Below the pieces are notes generated by a model. It searched no databases. It was given only the letters and a program-made list of their open reading frames with translations, and had not been told where the DNA came from. The position numbers were made by a program, and so were the translations under genes. 64,000 nucleotides of DNA from Utricularia gibba (taxonomy: Eukaryota > Plantae > Magnoliophyta). Below, piece after piece: positions 12,941 through 25,590 of the stretch (the stretch's first letter is position 1; each line of letters opens with the position of its first letter). Location: assembly GCA_002189035.1 (NCBI GenBank), contig NEEC01000017.1:1984001-2048000 (forward strand). The letters run 5' to 3'.

Positions 12941-13021
12941 GCAAATTGATGAGAACTGAGTATCTGAATTCCAGTGCTGAATCTTTCACTCCAATAATGG
13001 TCTTCAAAGTTCTCTGATTGC
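12941..13021 (+). ncRNA. Box C/D snoRNA, copy 2 (tandem paralog)
   Basis: Terminal stem GCAA/TTGC; C box TTGATGA at 12946-12952; D' CTGA; C'-like TGCTGA; D box CTGA at 13014-13017 preceded by GGTCTTCAAAGTTCT (the C>T change keeps a G-U pair). Confidence 0.85.
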
Positions 13022-13654
13022 CGTCTTTGTTTTCTGGGTATTGCATCCTTACATCAAATTCCTTGCTTTTTTTAGTTGGCTTGCATTTCCCTCTATGTCG
13101 GATTTCATGTTTGGAATCCCAGTAGCCAGGCAGAGGAGCAGCTCGAAGCAATGCATTCTGCTCATACACATATTCTGCTGGATGTAGTCAAGCTGAATCT
13201 CTCTAGAGACACAGGCACAGGCACCATTTTGGAATTCCATCTTGTGCTGTTTTGCTGAATCTAGTGAAGCGTAACCAGTCAGTGTCTTGGAATTTTTGTT
13301 GTGGTTCTTATTTAACCCAACAGAGCCACCATTCTGAAGTAGTTGCCTCATCAGTAGCAACCCCCAGGGCTTCCTTCCATAGGCATCTTCTTCTACTCAT
13401 AGGGGCTGGAAAAACGCACTGTTCTTCTTGTTTTGCACCACTCTTCGTAGTCCCTAAAGATGTTGGTGTGGGCCATACAAGCCTGGTACTACATTGATTC
13501 ACTGCTCCTCTTATGGTGCTACACGAAGACACAACTGAGTTTTCAAGGCCTTGTCTTTTTGTTCAGTGTTACTGCCCGCAATGTTCAAGAGAATTTTCAA
13601 TGCTTTGGACTGTTTTAGGCTTGATCGGTTTTTGGTGATTTTTTCGACCGTTTT

Positions 13655-13681
13655 TAATAATAATAATAATAATAATAATAA
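13655..13681. repeat. (TAA)n microsatellite, about 9 units
   Basis: Direct reading of taataataa... at 13655-13681. Confidence 0.9.
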
Positions 13682-14206
13682 TATAAAATCGATTAAACGG
13701 TTCTAATAAATAAAATGGATTTAATTGAAAGATTATTCTAGTTTAAATTTGTGTTTAAAATCGATTAAATGGAGCGTTTTTCTCATGAATTTTTTTAATT
13801 TGATTTTCGTAATTTTTAATTTAGATAATATTATATTTTTAATAATTATTTTAATTTTTGTAATATTTTTAGAATGTATTTAATTTGATTTATTGAACAT
13901 GATTTTAGAAGGAATATATGTTGAATTTTAAAAAAATCAACAAAATCGAAATCCAATCGTGTTAGAATAGAGTGATCATTCTTCGAATAGTCATAGAATA
14001 ATAGAATTAATTACTGGAACATTGGAAACCACAGAGGGTCGCCCCTTGACAACAGTGCACTTGCTCATGGTTGACCAAGCTTGCCTTTTTGAGATCCAAC
14101 TGCTCTGCGTGATGCATCTTACTGTTTAAGAGACACCCATTGATGCCTCTGTCCATAATCTTGGCTGTTGGATTTTCAAGAAGTAAGGTTTCTCCATTGA
14201 ACGGCG

Positions 14207-15903
14207 ATGAGTTTACTTCTGTGGGTGAATTCGGTTGACTGGGAGGAGGAATCCTATCCGCAGTACCAGGATTTCGCGTTGCTGCCCTTTTTCGCTTTCT
14301 TCTTCCCCACATTTCGGTTTGTGCTTGACAGATTCGTCTTTGAGGTGCATTTTTGTTTTGAATATCTGGGGTTTTTTTTTTGAGTGTGATTTGTTATGAT
14401 TTTGTAGTTCATGGCTTGATGGGGTCCGATTTGTAGTTTGGGGATGTGGTCATTTGATGGGTATTTGTAGTTTACTGTAAATACTGAGCCTTTATGAATG
14501 TTTTTATGATCCCTGCGTTATCTTTTTGCTGGTCAGCAACATTATTAGCTCTGTATCCTCAGGTTGGCACCATTTTTCAGAAATTTCCAGCGTTTATTAT
14601 TATCTTTTCCATGGGTTCTTGAATAAAGAAATTAATGTACCCCACTGCTGCTGATTTCTTATCCAGTCTTTCTAAGTTGAAATATTTATGAGCTTCAACA
14701 AACTCCATATATTTAATGCCTCTACATGCATATAACGTGCTGCAGACAGTAGGAAGGAAGCTCTTGTATGGATGGGGAAACAAAGTGGCTGATAATGAAG
14801 AAGTGCAAAGCAGAAAGCTAATGAAGCTCAAGGAGTCAGCTTGGAAATGCGTGTATTATCTATCCGCTGAAATTCTAGGTCTTGTGGTTACATACAACGA
14901 GCCCTGGTTCAGGAAAACCATATACTTTTGGGTTGGACCCGGAAACCAGGTCTGGCCTGAACAGAAGTGCAAGTGAGACTTCATTTCCTTCTTCTTGTTG
15001 AAGTTTTTGTTATGTTCGGCTGCGATACCTTTTTTGTTTCTGAACTTATGCTTAAGATTCTGCTTGATGATGGATTTGGATGTCATTCACCAGGCTGAAA
15101 CTGAAGGGACTGTACATGTATACTGGTGGATTTTATTTGTACTCCATCTTTGCTCTTATCTTCTGGGAAACAAGACGATCAGACTTCGGGGTTTCGATGG
15201 GCCACCATGTTGCAACCTTGACCCTCATAGTGTTATCGTACTTATTTAGGTGCCCTTCCAAAAAAGAAACCATCTTCAATTCTGTCATGAATCTCTATCA
15301 AGCCTTCTTCATACTTTATGTTTCTGCAGATTTGCCCGTGTTGGTTCAGTTGTCTTGGCTCTGCACGATGCCAGCGATGTGTTTCTTGAAGTTAGCAAGA
15401 TGTCAAAATACAGTGGAGCTGAAGTTACGGCTAGCTTTGCATTTGTACTCTTCGTGTTATCTTGGATCATCCTTCGTCTCATATATTACCCCTTCTGGAT
15501 ACTCTGGAGCACCAGGTGCGCTCTGAATGTGCTTTTCAACCACATCTTAAGCAATGTATCCACGACTGAATGGTGTTTTTACCTAAAAAATGCAGCTATG
15601 AAGTTCTTCAAACACTAGACAAGCAGAAACACAGTGTGGATGGGCCAATCTATTACTACATTTTCAACTTCCTTCTCTTCAGCTTGCTTGTGCTTCACAT
15701 ATACTGGTGGATCTTAATGTACCGGATGCTCGTCAGGCAAGTACAACAACGAGGCCGGGTCAGCGATGATGTTCGATCCGGTAAGCAAAACCATCAAAGC
15801 AGAGCGTGCATTTCACCATCATTTTGCAGTACAGGTTCGGCTTCTGAATGGCTTCACTTTGTTGCTTGCAGATTCGGAGGACGAAGGCGAGCATGAAGAC
15901 TGA
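14207..15903 (+). CDS. LOH1: Ceramide synthase, LAG1/LOH1-LOH3 type; 6 exons (14207-14344, 14746-14972, 15094-15249, 15330-15515, 15596-15780, 15872-15903)
   Basis: Spliced product has [49 protein letters not shown] (Lag1 motif) and ends [11 protein letters not shown]; all junctions GT-AG. LOH1 versus LOH3 orthology is not resolved. Confidence 0.95.
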
Positions 15904-17626
15904 AAGGAGGAAGCGTTGTTCATTGAGTGACAAACAGAGCAAGAGCACCATTCTTTTGTCCCAAGTACAAGACTACTCTACCTCTTGTTGTACATTCTAC
16001 ATTATAACTTTTAGTGACCTGCCATTCCATAGCCTTTGATCTTCTTCTCGATATATTCAAAGGATCGGATTTTCGAAATGTCAATTTCTTCATACTCCTA
16101 AAGAACAATCTCATCATGGTGTCGAGAGAATGAGCTTGCTGCTTCATGGATACTTAACTGGTTTGGTCCCCCTGCCCACAAACTAGAAGGGGAAATAAGC
16201 CTTAAATGAGAAAGTACTCGAGTGGTCACGATTAGGATAACCTTCTTCATGTCCCCCACAAAAAAAAACATCTTTTCTTAGAAATGAAAAGAAACAAAGT
16301 TGGCTATAGCACATTAGCGTGCACAGACAGAGGGCTGTGGAGCACTTCCTATGTCGTCATCTTCCTAGGAAAACGGAAATATCGGATTCAGTTTATAATA
16401 TCTATACATAATTTATCCATTCGGTTTCCAGATAGGGTAGGATATCAACACAGCTTAAGAACAAGTTGATTCATATGGTGGGGGTGATTCTTTGAGAAGG
16501 TGAAGAACAACAAAACGTATCATGCATGTTTCTCTTTAGTGATACGGTCTATGTTTTTTTGGGGTGAAATTTTGTTGGGTGGAGAGTGACAGAGGAAGAA
16601 ACAGACAAGCTAACGTCTTGTCTTGAGCTGTCCCTGAAGTTGTATTTTGCTATCATCTTTAGTTTTCTTCTACTTGATAGTGCGTACTGGGAATATTTTT
16701 TGTGAGTAATTGCGATCAAATATCTTCAAACTTCAATGTTATGGTTTATCGAGTCAAGGTCTTGGGTAAAAAATCGCATCTTTATGAAAATTTATGGCGT
16801 CGCGATCAACGATTCCCCATTCAAGAAAAAGGTTATCATCTTCAATCTTGGGGTTGACGGTACAAAAGGAAACAATTGAATCACATAAATAGAAAATCAG
16901 GAACAGTGATTTCGTTCAAATTTGTAAACTTTCGTCTGTAATCAGAAGAGGGCCTCCCTTTTCCATTAATTGCGCTGGCTGTTGTTGAGTCCCCACCCCA
17001 CTAGGAACTAGAAAGCAGCGTATCATCTGGGGGTCACTGCTTTTTCGCTCACATATATATGTGTGATGTATCGGGACACCCCTTTCTATCTTCCTTTCTT
17101 CAGCCTTTCGTTTTTCGTTAGTTGATTATTTGGGTGTTCTTGTTTGTGCTTAATAGCAAGAACATTACAGAATCTGGGACGTTTTCGAATCCTCGATTGT
17201 GTTAAATGTTATGAAATTGTGTCATTTGTGTTCTTGCTTTTGTTTTCTGGTAATCTTTACTCCGATTATGTCTCTGTTTCTGGTTTTTTGTTCTTCGATA
17301 TCATAATGGCGATTTCTTTTGTTGACTTTTTCCGAGTAGGCTACTCTCCGCTGCTGCAGGGGCTAAGTTTCTTCTCTGATCACAGAAGACTTTCTCAGGT
17401 ACATCGCTGTTCCACCGGTTTATGCGCTTTTTCTTGCATCTGGATTGGTGGGGTGGATGTTATTCGATGCAAGATCCATCTGATTTCGAAAATTCAGATG
17501 AAATGTCTTGAAAGGACTGAGCATCAGTGACTTGATATGTGGATTTGTTGTGAATTGTATCCAAGGCATGCAATGTGGTGAGATGATTGTTGTTCTTTCC
17601 CTACTCATTTTCAGAAGGGTAGTTAA

Positions 17627-20486
17627 ATGGAAAAAGATAACAGCATCGAGGAGTCCCATCGGAGGAATGGTCTACTGAAAGATCAAGTTCGAATCTTGAA
17701 GAGGAAGGATTCGGACCGCTACGAGATTGCACCGATTCATGACAATCTGTCATTCGAGAAAGGCTTCTTTGTTGTGATTCGTGCATGCCAACTTTTAGCG
17801 AAGAAGAATGAAGGAATTATAGTAGTAGGCATTGCAGGTCCCTCTGGTGCTGGAAAGACTGCGTTTACCGAAAAGTTACTGAACTTTATGCCGAGTATTG
17901 CTGTGATTTCAATGGACAACTATAACGATGCAAGTCGAATCATCGATGGAAACTTTGATGGTAGGAATCCTTGGACTTCACTTGTATGCTTGAACGTTTG
18001 CATCTGTGGTTGTTGTCTGAGAATCTGCTTACTTGTGTATAACTCTAAGTTGCCTGGTTGTTACTTGAAAACAGATCCTCGCTTGACAGACTATCATACT
18101 TTGCTGAAGAATATCCAAGGTCTGAAGGAAGGGAAACCAGTTGAAATCCCAGTATACGACTTCAAAACGAGCACCCGCACCGGTTATAGGTATCGTTATT
18201 TTTTTTCTTTGCCATATGAGAACCGAATTTGAACTCTTAATCAGCCCATTAGAAACAATGTCATCTGATCATGTCACTCAATTTGGCATTCATTGGTTCC
18301 GCAAGGCTGATTTTGTTTACATGCTTGAAGTATCCATGGTTCTCTGACTGATGATATAGTGTATGATCTTGTCAGGACACTTGAAGTGCCAACCTCCCGC
18401 ATAGTTATCATTGAGGGCATCTATGGATTAAGTGAAAAACTGCGCCCTCTACTGGATCTACGTGTATCAGTGACTGGTGGTGTTCATTTTGATCTGGTAA
18501 AGCGAGTTCTGCGCGACATAGGACGTGCTGGACAACAACCAGAAGAAATCATACAACAGATATCTGAAACAGTTAGTATTCCTTAATTAGCTCTAACCTG
18601 TTTTCACGTTGAAAGTGAGGATGATCTTCCTCTTTGACAGGTTTATCCAATGTATAAGGCGTTTATTGAGCCTGATCTCCTCACTGCACATATAAAAATT
18701 CGGAACAAATTTAACCCTTTTGCTGGTTTTCAATCTCCCACTTATGTCCTAAAGGTACCCTTTATTACAATCAGGTGGCTCTTGTATTTGGCAGTTTGCT
18801 TAGCTGCTTGATGATATACATATTTTTTTTTTGTTTTTTTAGTCTTCAAAGATTCTTACCGTGGAGCAAATTAGTCACGTTATGTCTGAAGATCATACAG
18901 AAAGCAAGGAACAGACGTATGACATCTATCTTCTCCCACCTGGTGAGGATTCAGACACATGCCAATCTTATCTCAGGATGCGGAATAAAGATGGAAAATA
19001 CAATCTCATGTTTGAGGTACAATCCTAGCATCCCATTTCACCTTTTTCTTGGAACTGCATCTTGAGTTATGATCTTTTGAACTGCTGTAAGATGTAAACT
19101 AAAATTTCAAGCTCCAATACTGTGCAGGAATGGGTCACTGATCCTCCATTTGTCATAGCTCCGAGAATAACCTTTGAAGTCAGTGTGCGACTTCTTGGTG
19201 GACTTATGGCCTTGGGATACACTATAGCCACCATACTCAAGAGAAACAGCCATATCTTCTGTGATGAAAGGGTCTGTGTAAAGATCGACTGGCTCGAGCA
19301 GTTGAACCGGCACTATGTTCAGGCAAACACAATTTTTTCTGGTGTTTCTTTTAACCTCCTTTACTGCTATAGCTTCTCTTTTATTTCCTGGTTTTAGGTT
19401 CAAGGACGAGACCGTCTAGTTGTAAGCTGTGTAGCAAAGCAGCTTGGATTGGAAGGTTCATACATTGCGAAAACTTACATTGAACAGATTCAACTGGAGA
19501 AGCTGGTACATGATGTTATGGTAAGTATAAAACTAGACCATCTTCACCTTTCAACGATAGAAGCTGATGTTGGTCTCTCTCCACAGGCGCTGCCGGAGGA
19601 TCTGAAGACCAAGCTTAGCATAGATGAAGACTTTGCAAGCCCAAGGGAAGCCATTTTCAGAGCCCCCTTCAACAGGGTTGTGACTAACCGCAAGAATCAC
19701 AGGTGCATAGACTCTTTTCTGTGTTTTCACATGCTATGTAGTAAAGGGTTTCTAAAACCTGTTTGTCCTTGGAAACCAGAATCTCGCATTCTTATTCAAC
19801 GATCAGGGATATAGCACTGCCAACTCTGGATAGGAAGTTTGAGGAAAGGGCCACAGAGCCGCATATTGAAACAAACCAGGTATGTAGTTTGATCACTTTC
19901 TTGGCATTTTCACTGAAACAGACATAATCACATAGCAACATTTTTGACAGGGGGCTGCTGCGCATCTCTCAGAACAAATCATCACATTGAACGAGAGAAT
20001 GGATGACTTCACATCTCGAATTGAAGAGCTGAACTCCAAGCTAACAGAAAAACGAGAATCCCCCCTGCCTCCCAAAATGCAGAACCCCGTAATGGTTCGA
20101 TTTCAACTTCATATTTCCTGTCTGGTTTGGAGAAGGGATCCTTAACCATGATGCCAAACTCCATGTCTTCTCCACAACTAGCTACAGATGCAGCTCTGAT
20201 CGAAGAGGTACCATATCAGACCTTGTTTCCTCCCCCTACTGTTTCATTCTCTCTGTAACCATATTATTGTGCTCAGCTGTCGAATGTGGGACGTAGCCAA
20301 CGGCAGGTTATGTATCAGCTGGAAGGTTTAAGCAGACTTTTACGTGAAAACTCGAGGCAGAAACGGAACAACAAGAATGTGAATGAGAACCCACAACAGA
20401 TAATGTTGATCATTTTTGGATCATTAGCAGTTGGTGGATTGGGAGTTTTTTTGCTCAAGACTGGACTTTTATCTCGAGGTGCTTGA
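17627..20486 (+). CDS. TTM2: Triphosphate tunnel metalloenzyme TTM1/TTM2-like (uridine-kinase-like + CYTH domain + C-terminal TM anchor), multi-exon
   Basis: P-loop [36 protein letters not shown], and hydrophobic tail [19 protein letters not shown] before the stop at 20486. Confidence 0.92.
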
Positions 20487-21701
20487 GAAAAGTTTTGGCA
20501 TTTTATTTGTTCAAGCATCTGACTTCCTCGAGCCCCAATTTTGTAGCTTCTTAGGATCATTTCTGAGAATGAGAAAACGTTTTTATCTTGTCAGTGAGTT
20601 GATGATGATCATATTGATCCATCGGGACAACGGTTGGAAATTTCTCTTTCGGAAATACGATGATTATAACAATAGTATGCTTTGGTACAATTTTCTTTTT
20701 GTATGCAAAGCGCACACTTTAGTTCTGCTCTTTGTAAATAAGGAATGATAAATCAAACACCCTGTTTCTCAATCTTGAAATCTACAATGATTACCCTTTT
20801 TTCTTCTGGGGTGCTTGTCTCTGTGATGACTACGTGATATCCCCCATCCCCATGTGCACTGCCATTTGGAACCCAGAGAAGAGGAAGCTGGATGGAAACC
20901 AGGATTTTCACAGGCCACTAGCTGCAGCTATGTTGGAACAGAGATGGTTCAGGTCTTTAGAATGATTTCAGTACAATGATTTTTCACTCCATTCAGATTC
21001 TTGCCATCGCCTAAGGGTAATGGATAGTGCTCTTTCTGTTGTGCTAATTGGTGCTTTATGGTTGCCTTTGTAGATTGGAAGGAAATTCTCTTCAAAAAGC
21101 TAGCATCCCTGGGATCATCTTTGCTGGATTCTAGAAATTCAGAGGCATATACCTGAAATCTATTGACTTCCTCTTCCTGGTCTTCAACATGATGCTTTCC
21201 AAGATCAACATTGTGCCATGTGACTTCCAGCTATATATGGCGGCGAGATTCTACTTGTTGAACTTGTTTCTTCATGGACCCTTGGCTTCTTTATGGAGCC
21301 CGGCATCACAGAATCCCCACATCTGTATCACCGGCTTCCTAGAGTGCTTTGTGTTTATCTGGATCATTCAAACTCCTGTGATGACTAAATGTGAACGATG
21401 TGCTCGTGAACTCCTGACACATCATGGCAAACTGTGTAGTAGAATATCTTGGCATGTATTTAGAACCTTGTTTCAAATCCATATAAGGGGTTTTAGCTTC
21501 CATAAAAACTGCATATGGTTTTACATAGCTAATCCAACTGCATAAAAACTATGCCATTCTTCACATACAAGCAGGGACATCTGCTGGTTGGAAACTGGTT
21601 CTCGATGAGGGAATCCGGAGTAAAGGAGAGTAATAGAGACTGGTAACTACAAAATGTAAAGGTGACCTCAAGTTTAAAAAGAGAGGTATGGAAGTGATTG
21701 C

Positions 21702-24700
21702 TCAAGCCTCTTTCCGCGTTATCCTGCATAACACGGATTTTGCAGAATGTAAAGTTATTCTTTGATGAAGAATGGATCGAGGTCCAGTCTTAGTAAGCAA
21801 TTTTACCTGAAGCAGTATATCCCAAGAGCTGACGTTATTTCATGAATAACTGATGTAGCGAAATGCAGATAAAGCACCGCTGGAATTGACAAGCGCAAAG
21901 AGGAGTATTAGCAAATGCATGTAGATATAGGGTTTTGATGTGGTATAAATCATACCCGTGTAAGCACAATACCCCAAAAGAACCCAAAGTTCATCAACTA
22001 ATGGCACCCTGCAAACAAAACAAATATAGATCTCAAGTTTTGATAAGCGGAAGTGGAAAATTTTGAGTAAGCATAATAACAGACAAAGCATACCCATCAT
22101 TCAGCTTGGCGGTGAGTGAATTTGCAATAGCAAAGGGAAGATAAATCAGCGACTGAAAATCGGAAGACGGGCATTAGTGGTGAGCTTAGTATGCCGAGAT
22201 GTGGCAAGGAATATGTTTCATGATCTCAGAAAACTTGGGCTACTTGATACAGTATCAGATTCTAGTTTTTTACAAATTTTGTGTAAACATTTTATGAAGA
22301 GTTGAAATATGCGTCTTAAAAGCCCAAAATTTTAAGGAAACTTTTGTAGAAATTCTGAACACAGCCTTATAAATCAATCTTACCAAGCACATGTTTGTTT
22401 TTAAGCCCTTGGGTTCATCGCATAGATGTGCGAGAATCATGCGTCCCTGAAAAAGAACTTTCAAATCTTGAAAAGCTGATCATGTTTACTAATGTGTATA
22501 CTGATATATATAAACAACATAGAAAAAAAAAGCTTTATTAAACAATTCCAGAAAACCACAAGAGCTGAGATGATCCCCAAGGAAACTGAGCTGAGTAATT
22601 CCATGGAATCAAGATTTTATAGTATAATCCACCAGAAAAACTTACCACAAGAAATCCAAATGCAAGCCCAGTTCCCACTACTACCAGGTGTGGGTAACCG
22701 GCAAACAAATCAATGGGAGACACATAATCCCTGCAAGGTTTCACTCAGGATCCAGAAATCAAAAAACAGCAAACAAATAAAGTAAAAAAGACATACCACA
22801 AAACAACTCCACCCACCAGCACAACAAACGGATAAAGCTGCCACAGATCATGAAAAGTTTGTATCACATCATATAGATGATATTGGGAAAGCAAGGAAGA
22901 AAAACTTGTGTGAAACAATGAACGGTGGTGGAAGACCCTTGAATCATGCATAAAAATCAGAGCTGAAACTTTAAGAAATGAAAAAAACAGTGTAGCTCTG
23001 GTTATCCATACAAATAAGTTGATGAAAATCCCAAGCATATCAAAAAAACATAAATCGTAAAATCACATAAAAAATGACATGGTGATATGATTCCCCTCGA
23101 ACAGATCCATTTGACAGAAAAAATAATGAACCATAGGTGGCTACCTTCAAGGGTTTATCACAACATGCACTAATCAGACTTACCATTGCCAACGCCAATA
23201 TCATGTTTCCGTTTCTAGATTTAATAATCTTATGAACATTCTGTATGCTGCAGATAACCAATAAAGCGAGCATAAATAAAGTTAGCCTTAAATGAACTAA
23301 TTTCCAAGTAAAGCTCACTCACTTGAATATCACTGTTGGTATCATACCAAAAACCACCATGCAGAACAGAACAACAAATGACACTGTGATTTCTGCATTG
23401 AGAAAGAGAAATATTATTGAAAGCAATTATCATTTTGCTGCATTGGAATATGCAACAATTTGAAAAGAATGTTCAACAGCTATGGGCAGCAGGCTTTCAA
23501 ACTTAGCAACAATTACCGTTTGAGAATGGTATCCAATTAAAAACAGGGACCGACTTTCCAAATGGCTGAGCCCACCATTCAGCACCTGAAGTGAGGTTTT
23601 TTTTTTATTTAAACCCAATATTTGATGAAGAAAAATGCTTGAATAGACTTTATTTCGAGGAGAAGCAAGGGTGGAAGCACAATACCAACGAAAGATGTAA
23701 AGATGTGGGCGAGATAAATTATCATGAGGCCCTCGGTGGGTCCATTTATAACAGGAAGAATGAGACAGCTTGTAAAATAGCTGTACAAGAAATACAATAG
23801 AGAGTTACAAAAACGAGAGTAACATAGAGGGTGTTTCACTCCATCTATTAGAAGCTATTTCTAAATATTAGATAAATAAGCCAAACCCGCAAGAAATCGT
23901 GAAACTACTTTCAATCATAATATATTACCTCAAACAAAATACAAAATTAAACAGTTCAAGTAAACGTATAATTTTCACAAACCCCCGATTGATTTACTTA
24001 TAATTTTACCTCCAGTTTTAATTACAAGAAAATTTTAAATACCCTTTGCTTCTAAGCTTCAAGAGTAACCACAACAAAACAAAAGCACAGACGACTCAAA
24101 ATATCCTCATGAAAAGCAAAAGGCCAAAGAGTCGCACAGCATATATTTATATGAAAAAGAACATTGGCTTACTACTCCCATGTAGCACAGTAGAAAGTGA
24201 TTGCTGATATAAACCATAAGAAGAAAGTATTCCTGCCGCACATCATCATGTTCCCAATGGCTAAGGCTTCAAACTATAAAATTTTGAAGATCAGGCGTCA
24301 AACATATCTCACATCTTCTCTAATTAAAAACGAAATATGAGAATGAACATACAGCACAGGCAAGAGCATCACATCCTGCAATTTTACATGAAAGAAAAAT
24401 GAAAAGACTGCCACAATAAAAATACGGAAAGATCTCAAGCAAGAGAAAAATAGTGGTCAATCTGACCATGATCAAAAAGTTCTCCTAAAGGACTAGACGA
24501 ACTTGTTCTTCGAGCTTGCTTTCCATCTACAGCATCAAATGTCTGGAATTTTTTAAAGCAAACAAATAAGATAAATACTCAAATTAAGGCCATTGTCTGC
24601 AAAACCAATGTAATTAAATTCACACAAAACCAATTGTAAAACTCAAAATTGACACTTTATAAGAATAAAGATGCATACTTGATATAGAAAAAGAAGCACA

Positions 24701-25590
24701 CCATGGGCAAACAGAACCCATCTTGGTGGAGATGTGTCCAGATGAGGTGAATATACCTGCAAACGCAAATATACACATAGATAAACAAATAAATTCACAT
24801 GGAAGAAATCGAACAATTGCAAGGAGTGGAGGGATGTTTTATGCTCACATAACTAAGTGTTGACGAGAGCACCACAAACATGAACCCCATAAGTGTAATC
24901 TGAAGTTCAAAGAAAAAGTAGGAATTTTAAATAAGGGTCTGTGAAAAATTATGCCAACAGCTGTGATGGTAATATTACCATGTTTGGCCTGCAATCAATT
25001 CGTGCACCAAAAGCCCAAAAAAATATTAGAGACTGTTAACATAAACATCTGAAGGTTGTCGGGCATCATAAGAAAAAGGCAGTAAATAGAGTGTTCTGGG
25101 AATATGCACTCTATGTGTTAGTACATGTAATACTGCTATCCGCTGCTCTGCCCACTGTCAGAACCAATGTCACTCAGTTTGTTCATAAAATGGAAAATAC
25201 CTCCGGTACACCGATCGATGACCAACTATTTTTTATGAAACACGAGCTTACCAGTCAAAAAAGTTAACACAAGCTCCGTTTCTTAGGATTAAGAATGAGC
25301 GTTCGAAATGTCTTGCCTACGAGTTCACAATCCTTACAAATGTAAGGCAAGTTTACGAAGATTTCGAAAAACATATTAACCTCAGCTGATGAAATCCATG
25401 GAATGAAACAACTTGACCAAAATACATATATTGATTTAAAATTAAGAACTTACGGCATCCAAAGAGGGAAAAAGTTAACACAACTTCTCCAAAACGGCTG
25501 CAGAACATATTTTGCCAGGTATGAGTGATCCACCCCGCTGTATTTGTACCTATGAAGAGCTGCAATTCCATGTTCTCCAATATACCCCAT
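21702..25590 (-). CDS. AAPT1: Choline/ethanolamine phosphotransferase (aminoalcoholphosphotransferase), multi-exon
   Basis: Start [34 protein letters not shown]; CDP-alcohol phosphotransferase motif [25 protein letters not shown]; end [23 protein letters not shown]|ITRKEA*. Confidence 0.93.

Noticed and set aside
12624-13169. 181-aa minus-strand ORF with an internal repeat
   Set aside because: The repeat is the antisense of the two snoRNA copies; no protein family is recognisable.
13610-13960. Possible MITE with CGGTT/ATCGA motifs upstream of LOH
   Set aside because: Only weak inverted similarity and no TSD could be identified.
14007-14312. 101-aa minus-strand ORF
   Set aside because: Antisense shadow of ceramide synthase exon 1 and its 5' UTR.
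21378-21418. GTGATGA...CTGA pair
   Set aside because: Only ~41 nt long with no terminal stem and no recognisable guide.
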